Source: Acidimicrobiales bacterium (GTDB lineage Bacteria > Actinomycetota > Acidimicrobiia > Acidimicrobiales > Salinilacustritrichaceae). From it: 37,262 nucleotides of DNA. Below are positions 26,228 through 34,399 of this stretch, piece after piece. The DNA lies in the NCBI GenBank assembly GCA_036275235.1, contig DASUEE010000325.1, positions 1 to 37,262 of the forward strand, read 5' to 3'. The notes under the pieces were generated by a model that saw nothing but the letters and a program-made list of their open reading frames with translations, was not told where the DNA came from and made no database searches. The translations under genes and the position numbers were made by a program. The number at the start of each line of letters is the position of its first letter. The stretch's first letter is position 1.

Positions 26228-27400
26228 GTGCGCGTCCTGCGCCTGCGCGTCGACGGCCGCCGCATCGTCGACCTGCACCCGTCGCTGTCCGTCGTCACCG
26301 GGCTCGACGCCGACCAGGCGGCCGCCCTGCGACGAGGCGTCGCCGCCATCGCCGCCGGCGTCGCCCCGCCGGGCGATGGCCTGCTCGAGGCGCACGGGCT
26401 CCTCTTCGACGCCGACCAGGACGACCTCGACCTCCTGGACCTGGCCACCGATCCGGTCGGAGCCGTCCTGACCGCCGCCGACCTCGCCCCCGTCGAGGGC
26501 AGCGGGGGCCTCGACGGCACCGACGTCCGGCGGGCCGCCGAGCGCGACGTGCTCCTGCTCGCGACCGACCGGCGGTGGGCCTCCCGAGCCCTCGCCGCGG
26601 CGGCAGCTGACGGCCCCGCCGCGCGGGACCTGGCGCGAGCGGAGCAGCTCCGGGTGGCCATCGCGCTGCACGAGGGCATGGACGTCGACGGCGTCCGCCG
26701 CGCCCTCGACGCCCACCGCGACGCGAACCGGGCCACCTCGCGCGGAGCCGTGGCGAGGACGATCCCCGGCCTGCTGGCGGCGCTCGAGCACGTCGGCCTG
26801 CACCTCCGCCCCGCCGCGGTCGACGGCGACGAGGTCCGCCGGGTCGCCGAGGACCTGCTCGATGAGCACGCTCGGCACGCCGGATGGGTGGTCGGGGCCC
26901 GCGTCGAGCTGGACGGGCTCGAGCACCGCCTGGTCCGCGCCCTGCCCGCGGCCGACGGGCCCCGGTCCACGCCGCCCTCGGTGGCCTCCCTGCCCGAGTC
27001 CGCGGAGCGCCGGGTCGAGCGCACCACCACGGCGCTCGAGGTCGCGATCGCCAACGCAGACGAGCGGCGCGACGAGGTCGTGGCCGGGACCGGTGCGGTC
27101 CCGGCGCGCGACCTCGAGTGGGCGCTGCTGCGGGCGCTCAGCGATCGCCGGCGCGACCACCCGGCGGGCAGCGTGCCGGTGGTCCTCGATCGCGTGCTGC
27201 GGGGCCTGGCCGACGCGGAGGTCGAGCAGCTCCTCGAGCGGGTCGAGCCGCTCGGCCGGGGCGTGCAGCTGGTGCTCCTCGACGACCACCCGGCCGCCAT
27301 CCGGTGGGCGGGAACCGCCGGTCCCGCACGGGCCGCCACGGTGCACCCGACCCCGGCCCGCCCCGCCGAGCCCTCACCTACGATGCCGGCGGAGCCGTGA
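26228..27400 (+). CDS. Hypothetical protein resembling a degenerate SMC/Rad50-type split ABC ATPase
   Basis: N-terminal IVDLHPSLSVVTG without GKS/T; C-terminal PVVLDRVLRGL...VQLVLLDDHP; helical middle. Confidence 0.6.
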   Translation: MRVLRLRVDGRRIVDLHPSLSVVTGLDADQAAALRRGVAAIAAGVAPPGDGLLEAHGLLFDADQDDLDLLDLATDPVGAVLTAADLAPVEGSGGLDGTDVRRAAERDVLLLATDRRWASRALAAAAADGPAARDLARAEQLRVAIALHEGMDVDGVRRALDAHRDANRATSRGAVARTIPGLLAALEHVGLHLRPAAVDGDEVRRVAEDLLDEHARHAGWVVGARVELDGLEHRLVRALPAADGPRSTPPSVASLPESAERRVERTTTALEVAIANADERRDEVVAGTGAVPARDLEWALLRALSDRRRDHPAGSVPVVLDRVLRGLADAEVEQLLERVEPLGRGVQLVLLDDHPAAIRWAGTAGPARAATVHPTPARPAEPSPTMPAEP

Positions 27401-27428
27401 CGGACGTCGCGGCAGAGGAGGAGGCTGC

Positions 27429-28541
27429 GTGCCCACGATCACCGAAGACGACATCCGCACCTTGGCCGCCGTCCGGAGCAACGGGACCCTCATCACGTCG
27501 TGCTACCTCGACGTCGACGGGAGCCGCTACGTCCGGCCCGCCGACTACGAGCGCTCGCTCGACGAGCTGGTCCGCAAGGTGCGACGTCGTCCGGAGGTCG
27601 ACGACGCGGTCGACGCAGACATCGCACGGGTCGTCTCCCGCATCGGCGAGGGCTTCGACCGGTCTTCCACGCGCGGCGTCGCCGTGTTCTCCTGCGCGGC
27701 GCTCGACCTCTTCGTGGTCCACGAGCTCCCCGTGCCGGTACGCAACGAGCTCCTCGTGAACCCGGCACCGGCCGTCGGCCAGCTCGAGGCCGTCGTGCAG
27801 CAGAGCGAGAAGCTCGCCGTGCTCGCCGCCGACAAGCAGCACGCCCGCATCTTCGTGTACCGGCTGGGCGAGCTCGTCGAGCGCACCGAGCGCACCGACG
27901 ACCTCGGCCGCGACTACGACACCGTCGGCGAGCACGACCGGGGCGGGGTCGAGGACCACCGCGAGGAGATGGCGCACCAGCACCTGCGCCGCGCGCTCGA
28001 CCTGCTGTGGTCCGTCTACCAGTCCGAGGGGTTCGACCACCTCGTGATCGCGGCGCCCGACGGCGTGGCCTCCGAGCTCGAGAAGGGCCTGCACCCGTAC
28101 CTCGCCGAGCGCCTGCACGGGCGCCTCGACCTCTCGCCGGTCGCATCCGAGCCCGAGATCCGCCAGGCGGCCCTCGAGGCCGAGCGCAGCATCGAGGCCG
28201 AGCGCGAGGCGGCGCTGGTCGAGGAGCTGCGGGCCGCCGTGCAGTCCGGCGGCCGGGGCGTCGTCGGCCTCGACGGCGTGCTCGACGCGCTCGCCGAGCG
28301 GCGGGCCGACCGGCTGCTCGTCTCCGACGGCTACGCCGTCGAGGGGTGGCGCTGCCACGAGTGCGAGCGCCTCGCCACCGTCGGGCGCCAATGCCGCTGC
28401 GGTGCCGAGATGGTGCACATCGCCGACCTCGTCGAGGAGGCCGTCGACGCAGCCGTCGCCCAGTCCTGCCGCGTCGACGTCTGCACCGGGAACGCCGACC
28501 TCGACGTGCTCGGGCGCATCGGCGCCCTGCTGCGCTACTGA
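27429..28541 (+). CDS. Bacterial archaeo-eukaryotic release factor (eRF1/Pelota-fold, baeRF10-like) with Zn ribbon
   Basis: SCYLDVDG, RGVAVFSC, C-x2-C..C-x-C ribbon, DLVEEAVDAA..., terminal IGALLRY; GAGGAGGAGG RBS; TACGAT at 27379-27384. Confidence 0.82.
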   Translation: MPTITEDDIRTLAAVRSNGTLITSCYLDVDGSRYVRPADYERSLDELVRKVRRRPEVDDAVDADIARVVSRIGEGFDRSSTRGVAVFSCAALDLFVVHELPVPVRNELLVNPAPAVGQLEAVVQQSEKLAVLAADKQHARIFVYRLGELVERTERTDDLGRDYDTVGEHDRGGVEDHREEMAHQHLRRALDLLWSVYQSEGFDHLVIAAPDGVASELEKGLHPYLAERLHGRLDLSPVASEPEIRQAALEAERSIEAEREAALVEELRAAVQSGGRGVVGLDGVLDALAERRADRLLVSDGYAVEGWRCHECERLATVGRQCRCGAEMVHIADLVEEAVDAAVAQSCRVDVCTGNADLDVLGRIGALLRY

Positions 28542-28543
28542 GG

Positions 28544-29488
28544 GTGCGCGCCGTCGGCATCGACATCGGTGGGACCAAGATGCTCGGCGTCGTCGTCGAC
28601 GCCGCCGAGCCCACGGTGGTGCTCCACGAGCACCGCCTGCCCACCCCCTACGGCACCGACGCGCTCGTCGAGGCGATCGCGGTGCTCTGCGGGCGGCTCG
28701 ATCCCGGCGGCACGGGCCCGCTGGGGCTCGGCATCCCCGGCCTGGTCGACGTCGCCGACACGTTCCGGGAGGGCCCGAACCTGCCCGGCGTCGTCGACCT
28801 CGACGTGCACGCCACCCTGGGCCCGCTCCTCGGCCGCCCGATCCGGGCCGCCAACGACGCCACGTGCGCAACCTACGCCGAGTTCACCGGCGGCGCCGCC
28901 AGGGGGGTGCGCGAGGGGGTCCTGCTCACGCTCGGCACGGGCATCGGTGGCGGCGTCGTGGTCGGCGGCGTCGTGCAGCACGGCGCCAACGGCTTCGCGG
29001 GGGAGCCGGGGCACATGCTCGTGGACCCGCGCGGACCCCGCTGCCCGTGCGGCCGTCGCGGCTGCTGGGAGCGCTACGCCTCGGGCTCGGGGCTGGGCAT
29101 GCTCGGGCGGGAGGCCGCGGTGGCCGGCCGGCTCGGCGCTGCGGTCTCGCTGGCCGGTGGCGACCCCGAGGCGGTGCGCGGCGAGCACGTGGTCGAGGCC
29201 GCCCGCAGCGGCGACGCCGAGGCAGGCGAGGTCCTCGACGAGTTCGCGTGGTGGCTGGCGGCCGGCATCGCCAACCTGATCGACCTGCTCGACCCGGCCA
29301 TGGTCGTGCTCGGTGGCGGCGTGATCGAAGCCGCCGACGTGCTGCTCCACCGGGTGCGCGCCGCCGTGCCCGGGCAGGTGCTCGGTGCCGACCGGCGGCC
29401 AGAGGTGCCCGTCGAGGCCGCCCGCTTCGGCGAGCACGCCGGCGCCATCGGCGCCGCCGTGCTCGCGCTTCAGTCGCCGGGCTCGTAG
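28544..29488 (+). CDS. glkA: ROK-family sugar kinase, probable glucokinase
   Basis: GIDIGGTK, ANDA, LTLGTGIGGG, GEPGH, CPCGRRGCWERYASG; no HTH. Confidence 0.88.
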   Translation: MRAVGIDIGGTKMLGVVVDAAEPTVVLHEHRLPTPYGTDALVEAIAVLCGRLDPGGTGPLGLGIPGLVDVADTFREGPNLPGVVDLDVHATLGPLLGRPIRAANDATCATYAEFTGGAARGVREGVLLTLGTGIGGGVVVGGVVQHGANGFAGEPGHMLVDPRGPRCPCGRRGCWERYASGSGLGMLGREAAVAGRLGAAVSLAGGDPEAVRGEHVVEAARSGDAEAGEVLDEFAWWLAAGIANLIDLLDPAMVVLGGGVIEAADVLLHRVRAAVPGQVLGADRRPEVPVEAARFGEHAGAIGAAVLALQSPGS

Positions 29489-29958
29489 CGCGCGAGCGCG
29501 GCGTGGATCTCCGCCCACGCGGCCTCGGACCCCTCGTAGCCGCGGGTCGAGGAGAACTTGTGGGGCTCGAGGTCCTTGTAGACGGTGAAGAAGTGCTCGA
29601 TCTCCTCGCGGAGGTGGTCGGGGATGTCCTCGATCTCCGGCACGCGCTCCCAGCGGGGGTCGCCGGCGGGCACGCAGATGATCTTGGCGTCGGGGCCGGC
29701 GTCGTCGGTCATCCAGAACACGCCGACCGGGCGGGCCTGGATCCAGCAGCCGGGGAACGTGGGCTCCTCCATGATGACCAGCGCGTCGAGCGGGTCGCCG
29801 TCCTCGCCGAGCGTGTCCGGGATGAAGCCGTAGTCCGCCGGGTACACGGTCGCCGAGAAGAGGCGGCGATCGAGGCGGAACACGTGGCGCTCGTGGTCGA
29901 ACTCGTACTTGTTGCGGCTGCCGCGGGGGATCTCGACCACGACGTCGATCGTCTGCAT
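29470..29958 (-). CDS. ppa: Inorganic pyrophosphatase (family I)
   Basis: EIPRGSRNKYE, YPADYGFI, DGDPLD, FFTVYKDLE; ATG 29958 preferred (CAGGAT 7 nt upstream) over 29967. Confidence 0.95.
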   Translation of the reverse strand: MQTIDVVVEIPRGSRNKYEFDHERHVFRLDRRLFSATVYPADYGFIPDTLGEDGDPLDALVIMEEPTFPGCWIQARPVGVFWMTDDAGPDAKIICVPAGDPRWERVPEIEDIPDHLREEIEHFFTVYKDLEPHKFSSTRGYEGSEAAWAEIHAALARYEPGD

Positions 29959-29990
29959 GCCGGTCATCCTGGCGCGGATACCGTGGCCGG

Positions 29991-31187
29991 ATGGAGTTCC
30001 GCCGCATCACCGGGCTGCCGCCCTACGTCTTCACCATCATCGACGGGTTGAAGCAGCAGGCGCGGCGGGCGGGCGAGGACGTCATCGACCTGGGCTTCGG
30101 CAACCCCGACCTCCCGTCCCCCGAGATCGCCGTCGAGAAGCTCGCCGAGGCGGCGCACAACTCCCGCAACCACCGGTACTCGCAGTCCAAGGGCATCCCG
30201 AAGCTGCGCCAGGCGGCCGCCGACATGTACCTGCGCCGCTTCGGCGTCGCCCTCGACCCCGACACCGAGGTCGTCTCCACCATCGGGGCCAAGGAGGGCT
30301 ACTCGCACCTGTGCTGGGTCCTGCTCGGCCCGGGCGACTCCGCCCTGGTGCCCTCTCCCAGCTACCCGATCCACATCTGGGGCCCGCTGTTCGCCGGCGC
30401 CAGCATCCGGGAGATCCCGATGGGCATGGGCGTGGCCACCGACCGCGGTGCCGAGCTGCTCGACCGCATCCGCCACCAGTTCACCTACTCCTGGCCCCGG
30501 CCCCGGGTGATCGTGGTGTCGTTCCCGCACAACCCCACCACCACCTGCGTCGACCTCGAGTTCTTCCAGGGCCTCGTCGACTTCGCCCGGGAGCAGGAGG
30601 TCGTGGTCGTCCACGACAACGCCTACGCCGACCTCGGCTTCGACGGGTGGCAGCCCCCGTCGATCCTGCAGGCCGACGGCGCCAAGGAGTGCGCCGTCGA
30701 GCTGTACTCGATGACGAAGTCCTTCTCGATGGCCGGGTGGCGGGTGGCCTTCATGGTCGGCAACCCCGAGGTGGTCGGTGCGCTGGCGAAGCTGAAGAGC
30801 TACCTCGACTACGGCACGTTCCAGCCCATCCAGATCGCGGCGACGGTGACCCTCAACGAGGCCACCGAGTACCCCAAGGAGATGACCGCGATCTACCAGG
30901 GCCGGCGCGACGCGCTGTGCGACGGCCTCGACCGCATCGGCTGGGAGATGCCCCGCCCCGGCGGCACGATGTTCGCCTGGGCGCCCATCCCCGAGCCCTA
31001 CCGCCACCTGGGGTCGGTGGAGTTCTGCAAGAAGCTGGTCACCGACGCGCACGTCGCCGCCTCGCCGGGCGTCGGCTTCGGTCCCGGCGGGGAGGGCAAC
31101 GTCCGGTTCGCGCTCATCGAGAACGAGCAGCGCATCCAGCAGGCGATGCGGGGCATCAAGAAGGCCCTGCCCGAGCTCGTCGGCTGA
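29991..31187 (+). CDS. PLP-dependent class I/II aminotransferase, AlaC-like
   Basis: DLGFGNPD, HRYSQSKGIPKLR, FPHNPT, HDNAYAD, SMTKSFSMAGWRV, KSYLDYG. Confidence 0.9.
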   Translation: MEFRRITGLPPYVFTIIDGLKQQARRAGEDVIDLGFGNPDLPSPEIAVEKLAEAAHNSRNHRYSQSKGIPKLRQAAADMYLRRFGVALDPDTEVVSTIGAKEGYSHLCWVLLGPGDSALVPSPSYPIHIWGPLFAGASIREIPMGMGVATDRGAELLDRIRHQFTYSWPRPRVIVVSFPHNPTTTCVDLEFFQGLVDFAREQEVVVVHDNAYADLGFDGWQPPSILQADGAKECAVELYSMTKSFSMAGWRVAFMVGNPEVVGALAKLKSYLDYGTFQPIQIAATVTLNEATEYPKEMTAIYQGRRDALCDGLDRIGWEMPRPGGTMFAWAPIPEPYRHLGSVEFCKKLVTDAHVAASPGVGFGPGGEGNVRFALIENEQRIQQAMRGIKKALPELVG

Positions 31188-31195
31188 GCTCGGGT

Positions 31196-31807
31196 TCAGG
31201 CGGAGCGTCGGGCGCGGGCATCGGTGCCCACCAGCCCGTGCCAGCAGAAGTCGACGACCTCGTCGGCGACCTCGCTCGGCGGGCGCCCCCGGGCCAGCAC
31301 CTGCGTGCGGGCGAGCACCGAGCTGACGCCGAGCACGGCCTGCGCCACCACGGTGGCGTTGCCGTCGGCGATGGCGCCCGAGTCCATCGCCTCCTGGACG
31401 AGGCGGCGGGTGTCCTCGAGCGCCACCCGCTCGCCCTTGCGGACGCCCGGGGCGAAGCTGGCCTCGGTGCGGGCGAACTCGATGAGCACGTACAGCTCGC
31501 GGTGGGTGGCCCACCACTCCATCGACGCCCGGATCGCCAGCTCCATGCGGGCGAGGGGATCGGTCTCGTCGCCCATGGCCTCGACCTGGACCCGCCGCAG
31601 CTCGCGCTCGCCGGTGCGGAGGATCTCGAGGAAGAGGTCCTCCTTGGACTCGAAGTACCAGTAGAAGACGCCCTTGCCGACGCCGAGCCCGTCGACGAGC
31701 TCGGCCACCGACGTCGGGTGGTAGCCGTTCGTGGCGAAGCGCTCGGTGGCGTACGCCAGGAGCTCGCCGCGCCGCTGCTGGCCGCGAGGGGTGAGTCGCC
31801 GGGCCAT
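31196..31807 (-). CDS. TetR/AcrR-family transcriptional regulator
   Basis: FATNGYHPTSVAELVDGLGVGKGVFYWYFESKEDLF HTH; TATCCT 6 nt upstream. Confidence 0.9.
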   Translation of the reverse strand: MARRLTPRGQQRRGELLAYATERFATNGYHPTSVAELVDGLGVGKGVFYWYFESKEDLFLEILRTGERELRRVQVEAMGDETDPLARMELAIRASMEWWATHRELYVLIEFARTEASFAPGVRKGERVALEDTRRLVQEAMDSGAIADGNATVVAQAVLGVSSVLARTQVLARGRPPSEVADEVVDFCWHGLVGTDARARRSA

Positions 31808-31819
31808 GCCCCGAGGATA

Positions 31820-31837
31820 CTTGACCATCCGGTCAAG
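31820..31837. promoter_or_regulatory. Probable TetR operator
   Basis: CTTGACC-ATCC-GGTCAAG perfect 7-4-7 inverted repeat abutting the tetR -10. Confidence 0.7.
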
Positions 31838-31933
31838 AACGACGACCGGCGGCCGTCGAGCGCTCACCGACGGGTCACGGAGCCCTCGCCGACCCGAAAC
31901 CGGCCGTTCACCGACCGCTCGTACCGTCGGCGC

Positions 31934-32596
31934 ATGATCAGCTGCATCGTGCGGATCTGGCTGCCCGACCGTCCCGGCGCGCTGGGGGAGGTGGCGACCG
32001 CCATCGGTTCGGTGGGCGCCGAGATCGTCGGCATCGACATCCTCGAGCGCGGGGCCGGGCGGGCCATCGACGAGCTGGCGGTCGAGCTCCCCGAGCACGG
32101 CGTCCCCCCGCTCCTCGCCGTGCTCCGCCGGGTCGACGGCGTCGACGTCGAGGACCTGCGCATCGTCGACGGCACCGCCCACGACCCGAGGTCCGACGCG
32201 CTCGAGCTGGCGGCCATGCTCGCCGGCGCCGGCGACCGGGACGCACTGCTCGACGCCGTGGTGACCCACGGCCGGCGCCTGCTCGGCGGCGACTGGGCGG
32301 CCGTCCTGCGCCTCGACGACGGAGAGGTCCGCGCCAGCGGCGGGCCCGCGCCCGAGGGTCGGTGGCTCGTCGCGTTCGTGGAGGGCTCCCGGACCTCGGC
32401 ACGGGTGGCGGAGGGTCGCTGCGGACCCGAGGACGTCGTGTGGGCGCCGCTGCCGGGGACCTCGCTGGCCCTCGTGGTCGGTCGCGACGGCGCGCCGTTC
32501 CGGGCGCGGGAGCGTCGTCAGGCGTCGGCGCTCGCCCGCATCGCAGACGCCCGCCTGCAGGACCTGTCCCGCCGCGCCCACCCCAGCACCCGCTGA
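31934..32596 (+). CDS. ACT-domain protein with GAF-like C-terminal region
   Basis: RIWLPDRPGALGEVATAIG..IVGIDI ACT motif; C-terminal LVVGRDGAPFRARE. Confidence 0.85.
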   Translation: MISCIVRIWLPDRPGALGEVATAIGSVGAEIVGIDILERGAGRAIDELAVELPEHGVPPLLAVLRRVDGVDVEDLRIVDGTAHDPRSDALELAAMLAGAGDRDALLDAVVTHGRRLLGGDWAAVLRLDDGEVRASGGPAPEGRWLVAFVEGSRTSARVAEGRCGPEDVVWAPLPGTSLALVVGRDGAPFRARERRQASALARIADARLQDLSRRAHPSTR

Positions 32597-32671
32597 CGCA
32601 CCCCCATCTGGTCGTCGGTCGTGGCAGGCCGGGTGGTCTGGGCGACGCAGGGGCGGGGAAGAGGGTGGGCC

Positions 32672-32845
32672 ATGGCCCTCACCCACCCGCAGATGACCGA
32701 GGATCCCGTGGTCGTCGCCGTCGCAGATCCCGAGGCCGCCCAGAGAGCCGCCGAGACGCATGCCGCCGTGATCCTGATGGTGTGCCTGCTCGCCCTGGTG
32801 GGCGGCACCCAGCTCCTGGTCGCCTTCCTCGGACAGCTCGCCTGA
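32672..32845 (+). CDS. Small hypothetical protein with a C-terminal TM helix
   Basis: 57 aa; AAVILMVCLLALVGGTQLLVAFL; fills the gap before the glpK stop. Confidence 0.5.
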   Translation: MALTHPQMTEDPVVVAVADPEAAQRAAETHAAVILMVCLLALVGGTQLLVAFLGQLA

Positions 32846-32861
32846 GCGCCCGCCCGGCGCG

Positions 32862-34361
32862 TCAGCCCGTCGCCCACCCCCGCGACCGCTCGACCGCTCG
32901 CAGCCACGTGGCGTGCGCAGCATCGGCGTCCCCCCGGTCGGCCACCGGTCCCACCTCGACGTCGAGCACCCAGTTCCGGGTGACCTCGTCGGGTGAGGAC
33001 CACACCCCCTCGGCCAGGCCCGCCAGGTAGGCGGCACCCAGGGCGGTGGTCTCCTCCACCGTCGGGCGCGACACCGGCACCTGCAGCTGGTCGGCCTGCA
33101 GCTGCAGCAGGAGCTCCATGACCGAAGCCCCGCCGTCCACACGCATGGCGACGACCTCGTGGCCGCTCGCCGCCGACATGGCGTCGACCACGTCCCGGGT
33201 CTGGAACGCCATCGACTCCACCACGGCCCTCGCCAGATGGGCCCGGGTCGTGCCGCGCGTGATGCCGAGCACGGCGCCCCGGGCGTAGGGGTCCCACCAG
33301 GGCGAGCCGAGCCCGGTGAACGCCGGGACGAGCACGACCCCTCCCGTGTCGGGCACCGACTCGGCCAGCGGTCCGGTCTCGGCGGCGTCGTCGATGATCC
33401 CGAGCCCGTCGCGGAGCCACTGGACGGCTGCGCCGGTCACGAAGATGGAGCCCTCGAGCGCGTAGGAGGTGGACGCCGCGTCCACGGCGCCGAGGCTCCA
33501 CGCGACGGTGGTGAGGAGGCCCTCGACGGGCTCGGGGCACTGCGAGCCGACGTTCATGAGCACGAACGACCCGGTGCCGTAGGTGTTCTTGGTCATCCCC
33601 GGCTCGAAGCAGGCCTGCCCGAACAGCGCCGCCTGCTGATCGCCGGCGATGCCCGAGATGGGGATGCCGGCCGGGACGCCCACCCCCACGGCCGTCTCGC
33701 CGAACCGGCCGGACGAGGCCCGGACCTCGGGCAGTGCCGTGCGGGGCACGCCGAACAGGTCGCAGAGCTCGTCGGACCAGGCGAGGCGCCCGATGTCGAA
33801 GAGCATCGTGCGCGACGCGTTCGACGGCTCGGTGGCGTGCACGCGCCCACCGGTGAGCTGCCACAGCAGCCAGGTGTCGATGGTGCCCACCGCCAGGTGC
33901 TCGTCGGCCGCCACCCCGCCCCCGCCGTCGGCCTGCGGGCGCAGCAGCCACTCGAGCTTCGAGGCCGAGAAGTACGGGTCGAGGACCAGCCCGGTCGTGC
34001 GGCGGACGAGAGGGAGGTGACCGGCCTCGGCGAGCTCGTCGCAGCGCGCAGCGGTGCGCCGGTCCTGCCAGACGATGGCCCGGTGGCGGGGCTCGCCGGT
34101 GCGCCGGTCCCACGCGACCACCGTCTCGCGCTGGTCGGTGATGCCGATCGCGGCGATCGGCGCGTCGAGGTCCCGGACCAGCTCGGCCAGCGTCGCGCGC
34201 ACCGCCTCCCAGATCTCGGTGGCGTCGTGCTCGACCCACCCGTTGCGGGGGAAGTGCTGGGTGAACTCCCGGTACGAGGACCCGACGGGGAGGCCGTCCT
34301 CCCCGAACGCCATCGAGCGCACGCCCGTGGTGCCGGCATCGATCGCCACGACGACTGCCAT
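32862..34361 (-). CDS. glpK: Glycerol kinase
   Basis: AIDAGTTG, QRET, AIVWQDRRT, DPYFSASK, GDQQAALFGQ, KNTYGTGSF, PAFTGLGSPWWD, VDGGAS. Confidence 0.95.
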   Translation of the reverse strand: MAVVVAIDAGTTGVRSMAFGEDGLPVGSSYREFTQHFPRNGWVEHDATEIWEAVRATLAELVRDLDAPIAAIGITDQRETVVAWDRRTGEPRHRAIVWQDRRTAARCDELAEAGHLPLVRRTTGLVLDPYFSASKLEWLLRPQADGGGGVAADEHLAVGTIDTWLLWQLTGGRVHATEPSNASRTMLFDIGRLAWSDELCDLFGVPRTALPEVRASSGRFGETAVGVGVPAGIPISGIAGDQQAALFGQACFEPGMTKNTYGTGSFVLMNVGSQCPEPVEGLLTTVAWSLGAVDAASTSYALEGSIFVTGAAVQWLRDGLGIIDDAAETGPLAESVPDTGGVVLVPAFTGLGSPWWDPYARGAVLGITRGTTRAHLARAVVESMAFQTRDVVDAMSAASGHEVVAMRVDGGASVMELLLQLQADQLQVPVSRPTVEETTALGAAYLAGLAEGVWSSPDEVTRNWVLDVEVGPVADRGDADAAHATWLRAVERSRGWATG

Positions 34362-34399
34362 GGGCGGAAGGTAGCGCCCGGCCCTCTAGCGTCTCGCCC

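Noticed and set aside
29470-29488. Convergent 3' overlaps (glk/ppa 19 bp; also VOC/PBP 10151-10165)
   Set aside because: Short tail-to-tail overlaps are common in compact GC-rich genomes
29909-33142. 895-aa (+) and 648-aa (-) ORFs
   Set aside because: Only their 3' ends are real (ACT protein from 31934; TetR from 31807); the rest are shadow frames
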